Shown here: positions 13,796 to 27,167 of the stretch, in pieces | Position numbering within the stretch: position 1 is the stretch's first letter | Layout of the letters: every line of letters begins with the position of its first letter | From: Perna viridis | Taxonomy: Eukaryota | NCBI GenBank assembly: GCA_037379345.1 | Contig: CM074515.1 | Coordinates: 930,001 to 994,000, forward strand | DNA: 64,000 bases | Direction: 5' to 3' | Notes under the pieces: generated by a model | The model's input: only the letters and a program-made list of their open reading frames with translations | The model's database searches: none | What the model was told of the DNA's origin: nothing | Position numbers and translations under genes: made by a program

Positions 13796-14298
13796 ATAGA
13801 AAGGTCTGAAAAATTCCCAACGAAGTTAGAATTGTCAAATTTGCGATGCAAATTTTTTGTCGTTCCCTCCGCGGGACTCGAACTCGTACTGCTGTGACAT
13901 CTATGGCAACACCGCCTGCACAAAGTCCAGCGCCCTAGACCACTCGGTCAGCTAGGCTATATAAAAAATATAGCTTTCGCTGGCCGGGTCATTCCTCCTC
14001 GTAGGATTAATCTAGGGCTGTAACTTAGTACACGATGTATGGTAGTACGGGACAGTTCATTTAGATGTTAATATGTAGGATAGAGGATCAAATTAATGAT
14101 GCATGTCACCACAAATCAATATTATACAACGTCTCAGAATGTGACGACTCTATTTGCTACACTGCTCCATCGGATCAAATTGATACAGGGAAGATATATA
14201 AACGTATAGAAAAGTCTGAAAAATTCCCAACGATGTTAGAATTGTCAATTCTAACAATTTGACAATTCTAACATCGTTGGGAATTTTTCAGACTTTAT
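13796..14298 (-). mobile_element. tRNA-derived (Pol III A/B box) repeat element with direct and inverted terminal copies
   Basis: Minus strand 13957-13864 reads GCCTAGCTGACCGAGTGGTCTAGGGCGCTGGAC...GAGTTCGAGTCCCGC; a ~43-bp block at 13796 recurs at 14205 and is inverted at 14258-14298. Confidence 0.6.
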
Positions 14299-15339
14299 AC
14301 AGGGAAGATAACGTTAACTTATAGAAGGGTTTTATTTCATGTTGACTTTCTGATTACATCTTTAGTTTGTATTTGATTGTTTAAGGTATTGGCATTATAT
14401 CTTAATGAGGAAATAAAGACACGAACGAATAACAAAGGAAAAGAGTCTGTTTATACTACATTAACCGAAACAAAAACAAAATATGCTCACAAAAAAAAAA
14501 GAAAAGAAAAGTCTAGTAGTCTTCAAGATGTACATCTAAAACTGTTATCATATCCTTCACAACTTCTAAATACCTCAACCATGGACCAGAGACTATATAA
14601 TACTTACTATCAGGAATATAAAGTCCATGTCTTATTGGGTTAAACATGCAACTGAGTTCCAAAATTAGTGTAAAAGTTACATGATCAAATTATTTCTTTT
14701 TTAAAAAAACTTGATGCTGAATTAGTTGGATGTTTATATAAACAAAATAAATGAATGAAATGTATTGTGATGCAGGGGTGTTTCAGAACTCCTGCATCCA
14801 AATACATTCCATTAATTTAATTAACGTATATAATATTCCAATTTTTAATTCAACGTCAGTCTGTAACAACTGAAAGAACAAAACCACTTTGCGAAGTATG
14901 TACAAAAATCAAATATTTGAACGACCAGGCATGGAAAATAGGAATATTGACAGCTATCTTTTAGAAACATTTGTCATATGTATCGATTAAGATAAAATTT
15001 TTATTAATGTAAAGAAGCATGAAATGTATATTTATAACCAGTCTATGTCACAGGCTGTTAGAACGGCGAATTTTTTGTCTATACTACCCCATCAGATAGT
15101 AATGATAAAGTACTTTAATAAAAGTCAAGTAAAAAGGTCCGTTTCAGACATGGTATAACTAAATACCCAAAAAATCTTCCACACCTTTTTTAATGGGTTT
15201 CTCTTCCCTATAGTATAATACCCCTGACCTTAGTCTTTCATTAAATTACGTGTATAGTTTCTAAATTCTGGACATATAAAACAGTTTAATTTCACATATA
15301 CACTTGTAGAAAATTAAGTTATCTATAGTGTTCGGAAGA

Positions 15340-18300
15340 AGGTGAGTGCATATAGTGTAAAATATAATAATGATACTGATCAGTGTGACCACTCTGAACT
15401 ATGGTACCACAGTTCATGTCAAGGTATATCCATAGGTAATGATACTTATAATATGTTATCTGATAGCAGACATGTTTGGCTATGCCTAAGATGTGCACTA
15501 CCAAATTACTCAAACGGGTTGTATGAATCACTTGATTCACTAACTGATACCACACTCTTTGAGTCCTTACACTTAGACACGTCAACATGCTCAGATATCA
15601 TTGACCAACCACAGGCAACATCGTCACCAAACCAAGCGAGAAATAAGAACATAAAAAAGACTAAAACTAAGAGACCACCTAAAAAACGCCTCACTATACT
15701 TAACATCAATTGCCAATCATTAAAATCTAAAGTCCCCGAAGTACATCAAGTCATTAATCAAGTTAAACCTGACATTATCGTGGGAACTGAATCATGGCTA
15801 AAACCAGATATTAAAGATGCCGAAATATTCTCCAGAGACACATATAACATTTATAGAAAAGATACAGAAGAACGAACTGGGGGAGGTGTATTTCTTGCCA
15901 TCACTACAGATATGATTTCATCAAAACAACCTCAGCTAGAAACAAACTGTGAAATAACATGGGCCAAAATAGACATCACAGGTCAAAAATCTATTTATAT
16001 AGCAGCTTACTACAAACCACAAGAAAATGATATTGAAAGTGTAAACCAGTTAAGCAAATCACTACAAGCAGTGCCTAAAACTGCACACACTTGGGTAATT
16101 GGTGACTTTAACCTCCCAAACTACAACTGGGTAACTGATGAATATAAACCAAACTGTAAATACTCAAATCTATACAATGAACTTTTTGACATCATGAATG
16201 ACAATAATCTTGAACAAGTTGTAAAAATACCCACACGAAATGGAAACACACTTGATCTATTCTATACCAACCAGCCGTCACTAGTTCACAACACCAGAAC
16301 ACTTCCACCAAATGGCAACTCAGATCATGACATAGTCTTTCATGAATTATGCATTGAACTTGGTAGAAAATTAAAGACTCCCAGAACAATACACCAATAC
16401 AAAAAGGCAGACTGGGAAAAGATAAAAACAAGTATCATCTCATACAAAGAGTTTTATTTTAAAACAACAAAAAATAGTACAGTAGAAGAGAAATGGCAAA
16501 ACATCAAGACTGAAATAGATAGTCTGATTAAAAAAATTGTTCCCACAAAGCAAACCAAAACCAAACAAGACCTTCCTTGGATAAACTATGAAATCAAAAG
16601 AACCATAAGAAAAAGAGACCAAAAATACAGGAAATATAAATCAGCCAAAGCAGAGAAAAAACCAAACCTGCTAAAACAGTACAAGTCACTAAAGAAACAA
16701 GTGCAACATCAACTTGGAAATGCTTACTGGTCCTACATAGAATCAATCATAGTCACTGATATTAAAAATGAGGAAAACGGTGGAAAACCAAGCAAAAAAC
16801 TATGGTCATTCATAAAACAACAAAAGAGTGAAAATACAGGAGTATCACCACTGAAAGTAAATGGAGTCACCCACACAAAACCATCAGAACAAGCAGAAGC
16901 ATTAAACAAACAGCTTCACTCAGCCTTTACAACTCCAAAACCAATGAAACTGTCACATATCACTGAACTAAACATCCTGAAGTCCAAAAAACATCCACAA
17001 CATCATATGGAAGACATTCTAATAACATCGGAAGGGGTAGACAAATTACTAAAAAACCTTAACCCCAACATAGCCATCGGTCCAGACAAAATCTCACCAC
17101 ACTTCCTTAAAGAAACACACTCAGAACTTATACCAGTAATAACAGATCTCTTAAATTCATCATTAGACACAGGAATCGTACCATCAGACTGGAAACAAGC
17201 TACAGTCACACCAGTGTTTCAAAAAGGTGCTAAAAGCAAACCTGAAAACTATTGGCCAATTTCACTCACTTGTATTCTCAGCAAAGTCATGGAACATATC
17301 TTAGTATCAAACATTTGGACAAACATAACTAACTCTGAGAATTCCAACATGGTTTTCGATCTAAATTATCCTTTGAAACTCAGCTAGTTACATTTATCCA
17401 AGAAATTACTGACAACATGTCTCATGGAACACGAACAGACGTAGCCGTGATGGATTTTTCAAAGGCCTTCGACAAAGTTGACCATCAAAGACTTCTCTTA
17501 AAACTCAAACGCATGGGCATAAGTAACAAAACAGTCAACTGGATCAAATCTTTCCTTAACAATAGGCAACAGAAGGTAGTCGTTGATGGTCAAGAGTCTG
17601 GCAATTGCCCTGTTCTATCCGGAGTCCCTCAGGGTTCGGTACTGGGCCCATGCCTCTTCTTGATTTACATCAACGACATGCCAAACACCTTATCAAGTAA
17701 AACATGTCTCTTCGCCGATGACACTATAGTCTATTTTACCATAACTTCAAAAACTGACTGCAATACACTTCAAACTGACTTAAATAAATTGCAAAAGTGG
17801 GAAGAAGAGTGGTTGATGTCCTTCAACCCAGACAAATGTGAAATCATCCACATATCTAGAAAGAAGAACCCTATAAACTTTGAATACACCTTACATGATA
17901 AAATTTTAAAATCTGCAGACAAAGTTAAATATTTAGGACTCACCATATCAAAAGATCTATCATGGAACAGCGATATAAATTACATCACGAATAAAGCCAA
18001 CAACACTTTAAGATTTGTCAAGAGAAATATTAAAACCAATAACATCAAGACTAAAGAACTAGCATATAAAACCTATGTAAGACCTCAGTTATAATATTGT
18101 AACATCATTTGGGATCCTTGGCAGCAAACATACATTCATAAAATAGAAATGGTTCAGAGAAGGGCAGCTAGGTACACACTAAATCTATACAGTTATCAAG
18201 ATAGTGTCACAAAAATGTTACAACAACTCAGCTGGCCAACACTACAACAGTGCCGGCAATTTTCTTCACTCGTCATGCTATATAAAATAAACAATAGCTT

Positions 18301-18674
18301 AGTCAACATAAATAGTCAAGTGTACCTTATACCATCAAGAGATCATGAATTTGTACTGCCTTATTCACCAGCAAATTACCACTCTTCATCCTACTTTCCA
18401 CGCACCATAAGAATGTGGAATAATTTACCATCAGAAGTGGCTCTCAGTCCAGATCTACCATCATTTAAGTCTGGGCTGCAACAAATCATCTATAACTAAC
18501 CAATCTCTACGTTTTTATCTTATAGCAAAAAAAAAATGAAAAAAAATGTAACTTATCACTTGTAAATGTCTTTGCACTAATTATAAATTTTTATTTTACC
18601 CACATGCGCCTCCTAGTATTCTTCAACAGACTGAAGTTAAGGAGTAATCCGTAGATGTAGATGTAGATGTAGAG
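15340..18674 (+). mobile_element. CR1/L2-group LINE ORF2 (PHD-like + APE + RT), 5'-truncated, with a frameshift near 17315 and a stop at 18092
   Basis: CDHSELWYHSSC...WLCLRC; NINCQSL, GTESWL, GDFNLP, TLDLF, SDH; DFSKAFDKV, SGVPQGSVLGP, FADD, KYLG; QRRAARY...FPRTIRMWNNLP; (GATGTA)n tail at 18651-18674. Confidence 0.93.
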
Positions 18675-18687
18675 TCAGAGGTAGATC

Positions 18688-18778
18688 TAACTCGAATAAT
18701 TCAAGCCCTCGCCGTCATCGATTCTCCGAATGTAGCGATTGATAGTGAGTGCAATATAATGACTGAATTATTCAGCTA
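18688..18778. mobile_element. 91-bp miniature inverted-repeat element with a 9-bp TSD
   Basis: TAACTCGAATAATTCA...TGAATTATTCAGCTA flanked by aggtagatc at 18679-18687 and 18779-18787. Confidence 0.6.
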
Positions 18779-19404
18779 AGGTAGATCTCGCTGTTTAAAA
18801 TGATTTTCAAGACAGATGCACTTCTCGCCAATCTGCTCACTTAAATTTTATTTCATAATAAAAATCGTTGTATGAACTATGATGGCTCATATTAGAGAAC
18901 GAAGTATCAACATTTTTTTACTAATACAGATATTGTATTAGCTCTAACACAGTTACAATAAGTGCTTTTTGCCAATCTTAAAATTACATAAATTGAACGT
19001 ATTTAACATACTTTATATATAATGTATAGTAGTTACAATGTAGCTTATTGAATTGAAGTTATAAAGGGTTATGAAAATACAATTATACATCAAATGATAA
19101 GACTTTTTCTTTTTTCCATGCAATCTGATATGAAATTGGAAGATAAGATCAGTAATTTAGGATTTTTGCTGTTAAACAATATACTTAGTTTTTTTTTTTT
19201 ATAATATTAAACATATCAAAGTTTTTATATAAAGAAGAAATTTTCAGTTATAGTTCACCTCTTAGTGTGTTCTATAGATCACATTCAAATAAGAAATGTT
19301 CTTCGTCTTCAATGTTAATATGGCATACGAGGCATATTCTATTGTCATTTGGAATATTGAGGTGACTTCCTCTCTCAGTCATAAGCTGATGAGAGCTAAT
19401 TCTT

Positions 19405-19443
19405 TTTATTGCTGCTCGGACGTTAAACCCCAAACAAACATTT
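19405..19443 (+). mobile_element. Severely 5'-truncated SINE tail, same family as 25049-25561
   Basis: attgctgctcggacgttaaaccccaaacaaaca flanked by the 11-bp TSD agctaattctt (19394-19404, 19444-19454). Confidence 0.75.
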
Positions 19444-19956
19444 AGCTAATTCTTATATAGTTTGGATATCATGGATCTCTCGGCCAGTTTAGACAAATCG
19501 TCTATATAATTTGGTTTAGTTCCAGACCTATAAAGTTTTCTATAAAAAGATAATTTTGAAGAATTACTGATATATGAATTTTGGTCTTATGTTTTTTAAT
19601 AAATTTTTGGCATGACATTGTTTCACAGGAGAAGACAAAAAAATCAGTTGGCGAGAATTACTTGCTGGCGAGAACTACTCCTTGACCAGTATATTGAATT
19701 AAAATAACTAAACAAAAAATAAAGAACCAAAAAAAAAAAGAAAAAAACCAGGTAAAAACCTAACATACATTGTAGTATTATGTAGAGCTGGAGAATTCTA
19801 ATGAAGTTAGTGTTAGTTTTGAAGCAGTTTTTAGAATTTAGTGCTGAATGATATTTCCATCAGTAAATGACTACAACTAAGATTAAGATGAAGACTAGTT
19901 TATCAGAAATATCAAAAATAGAATGATGTCTTCTGCTTATATACAGGCAATAAATC

Positions 19957-20217
19957 TGAGGGTGGATTCAAGCAGGGGTGTGGCGGGCATGCACCCCCCT
20001 AAAATTTGCAAAGCATGGGTTTTCAGGGGTAGATTTAGGTAGTTTTAGTTTGAAACTTTAATTTCTTGCTAATTTTACCACAAATTAAAGATATCTACAT
20101 TGCACCCACTCCAGAAGAATATTTTAAAAAATTAATCTTAAAAATTTTTTCGCCACGCTCAGCTCCACAAAATTTTAACTGTGCGCCCCCTATTCTAAAA
20201 TCCTGGATCTGCCCCTG
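19957..20217. mobile_element. MITE of the CAGGGGCGGAT-TIR family, copy 1
   Basis: gagggtggattca...ggatctgcccctg; internal sequence colinear with 22128-22786. Confidence 0.75.
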
Positions 20218-22127
20218 AAATCCATATATAAAGTATGAACAAATAAATATTTAATATCGGATATAATGTCTTAACATGGTTATCAGTTAGTTTTATCAAA
20301 AGCAGACTGCGTTGAATAAATTCACATATTTATAACAGTTTGCGCAAATTGTACAAGACTATACAAAGTGACTGGGACAAAGCTTTATTTTCTTTGAAGG
20401 ATAAAATGTCTGTTGAATTGTTCTACATGTAGTTGGAAGATGAATATTATTTCTCTGCACACAAATATAATATGATGCATCTTGCATTGAAAAATAATAA
20501 TACTTATACTGTAGGTTAGAAAAAAATTAATAGATAGACAATTGTTTACATAATGTTGTTTAGAATTCTTAAGTATACTGTGTATCTTTACGAAAATACA
20601 TATTACTGTGTAATACATGAATTCACACTTTTGATTTTGCTCCGAATGACCCCAGATTTGTCTCCACCTTTTGACATCAATGAAACAATGTAATTTTAAA
20701 TTGTGACATCATTAATCTTTATTTTGGAGGAGCATTCAGTATGAAAACAACAGGAATATATATTATTTTCACCAATGACGTCCACAAGTGTAAATACGTC
20801 TATTGTAATAGATGACTTTTACATTCGCCATTTACATCAAACCTGGTTGAAACTGGATCACGGTTTTATACCAGTTCAAATTAGTTTATTAAATAAAAGT
20901 CACATGGAGCATAAGAGAACAATATCAATGCATGTAAAGAGAAAGAATATAGCTGTCACAATTCAAAGGTAGACAACTCAGTTCATATGTACAATGTATA
21001 CTTGTATCTAGTAGAATCAGCGACAGAATACAAAGAGTGTCAATTATCAGTTTCCTTTGTTAATTATACTCCGACTTGAAAATCTGGAAACATTTCTGTA
21101 TACACTGGCCTCTTCATTACTCATCAGCCAAATAAAATTACTATCATTATTAAGTATTGAAATATTCTTTTCTTATTATAGCAGCTATCAATGTAGATTT
21201 GTCTTGTAGCTACATATATTTCACAAGACATTAAAATGTGTTTTTCAACCTCCATTTCACCAGAGGGGCTATTATTGCATGTTCTGTCATTAACAGTTGT
21301 TTTTTGTATTGTATATCTACCCAATTCAATTAGCACCCTATATTTGCTGGTTCTGTATCTACTATGTTGAATTTACAGTGTTCTCCCCAGGCCCTCAAAG
21401 TCCTGCGATTTACAGCACTATTGACTTTGAGCGCTGCACTATTGACCTCAGTACTGTGCTATCTTGCTACCAGCACTGTGCTAAAAAGTTCAATATGAGG
21501 ATTGAAAATTAATTATGACAGGAAACATATGTGCCCTTAGGTCATTTAAGGTATACTACAAGGTATTTAGCTATCTAGAAACCAATAGCAGTAAACACGT
21601 TATGGTCTGTTGATCACCGCATGACCGCACAGGTGTCTGAAGCAATTGCTGACAAGATTCTTAGTTACTTTATCATTTTCATTATAAATATCAATGAGAT
21701 AATTTTCAAATTTGAAAATATTTTTGTATGTTCTATATGTTCTCAGTTTCTCACTGCTTTAAAGTTGTTTTTGTTTCAAACTCACTCTTCATAGATTTTA
21801 CTGTTTTTGAATGTCACATTTTTTTCAAAGGTATATTAAATTGATTTGATTCTTGATTATTAAAGTTAAGTATATTAAATTTCCTAAGAATGTTTTGAGA
21901 TGAGCTTTACCAGCAGTTTTGACTATTTTCAACCATAAGTTGATATTCTGCAAGTGCATGGGATAAAAGATTATCATTTGTTTTATCATTTTTATAGTCT
22001 GCAGACAGTAATGATGGTTCTGTTCTTAGATTTTATGAAAAATAAAACAAAATTTAGATAGCCCAAAGAACTACTATGAACATTTTTCAAGTAGTCCTCT
22101 CCAAAATTAGGGTGACACAGGACTACC

Positions 22128-22786
22128 CAGGGGCGGATTTAGGCAGGGGAGTGGCAGACATGCACCCCCCCCCTAAAATTTGCAAAGCGTGGGTTGTCAA
22201 GGGTAGATTTAGGCAGTTTTAGGTTGAAACTTTAAGTAGCTGTCTTTGTAAGAATCTTGTAAAATCTGAAAAATGTGATACACCCCAAAAAAGGCTACAT
22301 ATTTTTATTTTTGTAAATAGGTTGTTTTATGGGTCTATACTATGAAATGTGTAATTATTCATTCAAATCGGCCTGCTCTTAGGAGATAATCCACATCGAA
22401 ATTCCAGTAGATTCTATTGTATTTGAGTGCCATTTACAGAGTTATCTCCCTTAATTTTGAAATCTACAGTGCATTCTATAGAATTTTTATCTCCTATGAT
22501 CACGGGTTATATGAAAAACCACATGTCAATTTCTGTTAACTATAACAATTTAAACAAAATATAAAAAATAAAAATATGTAGGCTTTCCAACCATGAATCA
22601 CATTTTGCATAATTCTTAGGTGGAGTGCTACTTAATTTCTCGCTAATTTTACCACAAAAGATATCTACATTGCACCCACTCTAGAGGAATACTTCAAAAT
22701 TTTAACCTCAAAAATTTTTCGCTCATTCCGCTCGGCGAAATTTTAACTGTGTACCCCTTTAATCTAAAATCCTAGATCCGCCCCTG
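22128..22786. mobile_element. MITE of the CAGGGGCGGAT-TIR family, copy 2, carrying a nested insertion
   Basis: caggggcggattt...agatccgcccctg; 5-bp flanks ctacc/ctact. Confidence 0.8.
22236..22631. mobile_element. Non-autonomous TTAA-specific DNA transposon (Kolobok/piggyBac-type TSD)
   Basis: TTAA|GTAGC...GCTAC|TTAA; the paralogous MITE near 20057 shows the empty site gaaactttaatttct. Confidence 0.75.
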
Positions 22787-23719
22787 CTACTGGACTACTG
22801 TTAGTGTCGATCACAGCATTTTTTGTAATTATACCTATTGACCAACTTTCTGGATATATTCCAGATGATAAAACACTACTGTATAATTTATTCAATGCTG
22901 GTAATAGTGTAAACTGGCCATATTTTAGCATTAACATACAAAAAATGTACCATCATGACTGCTGCTCTTGTGGTTCTTAAGTTTACTATATAAAGAAAGG
23001 ATATCAGATTTGAAGGCTACAAGAATAGTAACAGTTGATGGAAAAAAGTCTCAGAACATAAAAATATTTGAAATGCTTTTATGATATACATTTTTTGTAC
23101 ATGTACATGTATGTATCATTTAAAAATTCTTTGTAGGAATCGTTTCTGTTCCCTTGGCTCCCATTAATGTGTCTTACACCTGTTTACCTCTGGAAAGGAA
23201 GTCATCTATTGTAAATACTGAAATATTTCATTGAATGATTGTGTGAATTGTTTTTGATTTGACCCCTTTTTGACTAATGTTTGGGAGTGCATTATTGTTG
23301 CCAGACTAAATCAATTTATACTCACTTATATTATGACAGGTGTCACTTTGTGTCTGAGTTCAAACAATCACTTCCTAACTGCATACATCATTTCCAAAAT
23401 ATGTCACTTCCAACAGAATGATTTTGAGCCATTTACATTTTAGAGCATCTACATATATATAGGATATGGCTGATGCCCCATCCTTATAATCATAATTGTT
23501 ATTTGTAATTGCTCTCAGTGGCTGTATGTCCATGATTGACTAAAACTATTTTCGTTTTTTTTTGTGTGAAATGATGCTCCTGTGTATCTATCCATAATAT
23601 ATTTATAACAGGAGAACAAGTGGCTATTTGTCACTGTGTTCTTGGCCTTAGAAACAATGTTCAGATACAATGTACTTCAATATTCATAGTTTGATCTGTA
23701 TTAGTATACATTGCATGAT

Positions 23720-24075
23720 TTAGGCTCTTTCATTCCATAGTCAGATGGTTTGTAACTCTGTTCTAGCCAAAGGTAGGCTCTTTCCTTCCATAGTCAGATG
23801 GTTTGCACCTCTGTTCTAGCCAAATTTAGGCTCTTTCCTTCCTTAGTCAGATGGTTTGCACCTCTGTTCCAGTCCAAGGTAGGTTCTTTCCTTCCATAGT
23901 CAGATGGTTTGCACCTCTGTTCTAGCCCAAGGTAAGCTCTGTCCTTCCATAGTCAGATGGTTTGCACCTCTGTTCTAGCCCAAGGTAGGCTCTCTCCTTC
24001 CATAGTCAGATGGTTTGCACCTCTGTTCTTGCTAATGGTAGGCTCTTTCCTTCCATAGTCAGATGGTTTGCATCT
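23720..24075. repeat. Minisatellite, about 53-bp unit, about 6.5 copies
   Basis: aggctctttccttccatagtcagatggtttgcacctctgttctagcccaaggt repeated. Confidence 0.9.
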
Positions 24076-24829
24076 GTCTTATTCTGAACTTTTAATGTTT
24101 CTTTGAAAAGGCTGTTTAATTCAGAAGGATTTCTTAGTATATTAATTGTTTCAGAAGAATGGCTTAGTCTTTCACACAACTTCCAGTAAGTCGAAGAAAC
24201 ATCTACAAAAAATTTCATCACAATATAGATCAGTTTGTTCCATTCATTATACTGCAGGATGTGTTTGATTGTATCCAATATCCTGCGTATCATTTCAGCT
24301 TCTTTGTTCAACTATTATTAGAGTAATATATAACTTGCAGCCAAACAATGCGCAGTTATGAACATATTTATAGACGACCTTTTTTTAGCTCACCTGGCCC
24401 ACTGGACCTGTCCATCCATTTGTCCCATATGGTTTCCAGATATTACTTGAGAATAGACAACAAATTTATAATTTTAAAGTTCACATAGTTATTTAATACC
24501 ATAAAATACTTGTTTACTTAAATTTTCAGCAAAATCCAAAATGTAGTTTTGCCACCTCTCGTTTTTCCATTACATGGCAAAGAATCACTTAATATTCCAT
24601 GATAGCCCTATTTTTGGCATTTACACGTGTATTTGCTAAACCATTAATTCTCAGATGAGGAAATGTGTTCAGCATGAAAAGATCTATTTGTGATCATATT
24701 TTTGAGAAAATCCAGTAAATCATGTTGGAGTTTCTGCCTACACTTTGGTACTTTGAACATCTTTGAGGGTTAATTTTTATGTTATTACTTTAAAAAAAAT
24801 CTCCTGTGAAACAACCTACTTGCACAGAC

Positions 24830-26360
24830 AGAATTCAATTAAAATTGATATGATTGTTCCTTGGGTATGAGCATTGGGATTTTTTATCTATGAAAAAACA
24901 TGGCCAAAATTTGGGGTATGGAGACAATTGTGATATTGAATGTGTCCATTTAAGATTTTGTAAACTTATGCTTGGTCTAAAAAAGTGAACTCCAGACTTT
25001 ATGGCGTATGGAGAATTTGGACGATAACCTCTTGAGGTAGCAATTAAAGGTTTGTTTGTTTGTTTGTTGGGGTTTAACGTCCGAGCAGCAATATTTCAGC
25101 TATATTCAGACGATGAACATGAAATTGATGATAAAATGAACATGAAATGATGATGAAATGAAAAAGGGATGGGACAATAGGGTCGACAAATTTTGATTGC
25201 CACTGGAAATAGGGAGAGGTGGGTAGGGTGGCAATTTAGCCTCCTGTGGCGGAGCCTTATGGGTCCTACTCCGGGAGAATACCACATTAGGGTTCTTTAA
25301 CGTGCGAGGAACGTGACATCTTTCCCAACACGGTGCACCACTATGGTTTGCGGTCAGGTTTTCCGTATTATAGCCTGACAACCCCAGCATGTAACACGCC
25401 AGGGGTACCCCATTCCACCACCTGGGGCACACATCCCAGTTGCTCTGTGGGCAGAGTGCCCTAGCCCCCGGCTAGGGTTCTGAGCACTATTTAGTCGCCG
25501 TTTATGACAAGCTTAGCGCTGCTGCAGGCCTATTCTTTTAACACCCGGACCAGCACGGGGCGGTAGCAATTAAATTGCTCATGATCAACTATTGGGCTAA
25601 AATTGGTGACAGGTAAACCAGAAAAACTTCCCGTTTAATTCTACAACTCTGCTTTTTTGAGACATAATCAAGACATCCCTTGGATAAAAAATGTGAAACA
25701 AATTTTTGATAACTGGCTTGTCTTTTATATGAAATAACCAGATTTTTTATAGTAACGGATTGCTTTATAACACTGTAAAACAGTCTCTTATGGATTAATT
25801 CACATAATCTTGGCATAATTTGGTACAAACCTCTCCAAAGGCATTAAACTGCAGGTTTTACAAGGAAAAACTGAAATTTGAAAACTATTTTGAAATTTTT
25901 GAAGACAAATGTAGAGATATTTATGCTGTTTTAGGACCTGTAATACTAATATGAAATTGCCCATTGAAACAGGTTGCTGGAACAGTATAAGTAGAGAAAA
26001 TAGAATATGCAATTTATGTGCTAGTGGAGATTTGGGGGACGAATTCCATTTCTTGTTCAAATGCTTCCATTTCAATAAAAGCAGAAAGTAGTATCTCAAT
26101 ATCAAGTTCACAAATAATCCCAACATTATCAAACATATAGATTTAATGAACTGTGATCGGTTTGTAGAATTAACAAACTTATGTAAATTCATGAAGATTA
26201 TTGACAATAAGTTAAACTCTCCAGGATAGTAAATGATATGATATGACCATTTATGGCTTAGACTTTATTTATCCATTTGTATATAGTTGTATGTATAATG
26301 TTATGCTCCTCTATAACATGTACTTTTGGTAATTGAGGATAAAGATATAATACAAAAATA
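24830..26360 (+). mobile_element. Decayed LINE 3' portion, split by a SINE
   Basis: IECVHLRFCKLMLGLKK.TPDFMAYGEFGR.PLEVAIK continues after the SINE; LPIETGCWNSISRENRICNLCASGDLGDEFHFLFKC knuckle near 25955-26070. Confidence 0.75.
25049..25561 (-). mobile_element. Full-length non-tRNA-headed SINE resembling molluscan RUDI/V-domain SINEs
   Basis: 13-bp TSD ggtagcaattaaa; head GCCCCGTG...TCCGGGT...AGAATAGGCC...GCTTGTCATAAACGGCGACTAAA; V-like CACGTTAAAGAACCC...GAGTAGG; (CAAA)n tail. Confidence 0.75.
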
Positions 26361-26852
26361 GAATGTAGCTTATCAAGACAGGTGAGTAATATTCAGGATC
26401 TTTAAGTGTAATACCACTATTGTGGAAACCAGTTGCCTGCACATACAAGAAAGTAGTTCGCAATGACATGAAGTAGTCCCATTATTGCACCCTGTCATTC
26501 TCTTAGTTTAGTAGAGGTATGCAAACTTGGTGTATGAAAGTTGAATAAATCGGCAGTAATCTAAAAACATTTTCTTTATTCTAGGCCCCTTGATATGGCT
26601 AAATTTCAAAACAAAATTAGTGATTTCTGCACCTGTCTGCTTTCACTTTACCATTCTTTCTTAGAAGGCATGTAAGTTATGTTACTTATTTTATGAGAGT
26701 TAAGGTAAAGGGTGACGACCATTATGAAACCCCTCCAGCGCCATTTGTACTGATGTAAAGAATTTTGAGCCTTATAAATAGCTGAATTTAACATAGAAAG
26801 TAATGGAGACCAGAATAGTGTATGACCCCTTGAGAGTCTCAATGTGTGAATT

Positions 26853-27085
26853 CAATGGCGGGTCCAGAGAATTATGTGAAGGGGCCCCCAAAAAGAATTC
26901 TTGACAGGATCACCGGTGAGGATTATGAAGTGATCCAAATTTGCTAGGGGGGGTTTGGGAGCATGCTCCCCCTAGAAAATTTGGAAATATCAAACCTCAA
27001 ATCCTGCAATCTGAGGGTATCTTGAGCAATTTTTCAAAATTGCAATTTTCTAAGGGGGACCCCCCTCCCCCTGGATCTGCCGCTG
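26853..27085. mobile_element. MITE with CA(A/G)TGGCGG-type TIRs and a 5-bp TSD
   Basis: gaatt|caatggcgggtccag...ctggatctgccgctg|gaatt. Confidence 0.65.
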
Positions 27086-27167
27086 GAATTCTAGCGATCT
27101 TTATTATTTCCACTGATGAGTTTCTTCTTTTTTTCAGTGATAGGTTCCAATGTAGTTTACATAAAAG

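Larger units (their letters stand above)
21050..24340 (-). mobile_element. Highly decayed LINE fossil, interrupted by MITEs and a minisatellite
   Basis: LIELGRY...RTCNNSPSGEMEVEKHILMSC (21124-21336) resembles a LINE C-terminal Zn knuckle; LLPALNKLYSSVLSSGIYPESWSIGII (about 22830-22910) resembles the pre-RT region; extent uncertain. Confidence 0.5.

Noticed and set aside
13864-13957. Functional tRNA gene
   Set aside because: A/B boxes are present, but the acceptor and anticodon stems do not form a canonical cloverleaf
19384-19400. CTGATGAG hammerhead core (also at 27113)
   Set aside because: No properly placed GAAA or flanking stems
24006-24311. 101-aa ORF as a host gene
   Set aside because: Runs into a minisatellite and lies collinear with decayed LINE fragments; more likely a TE remnant
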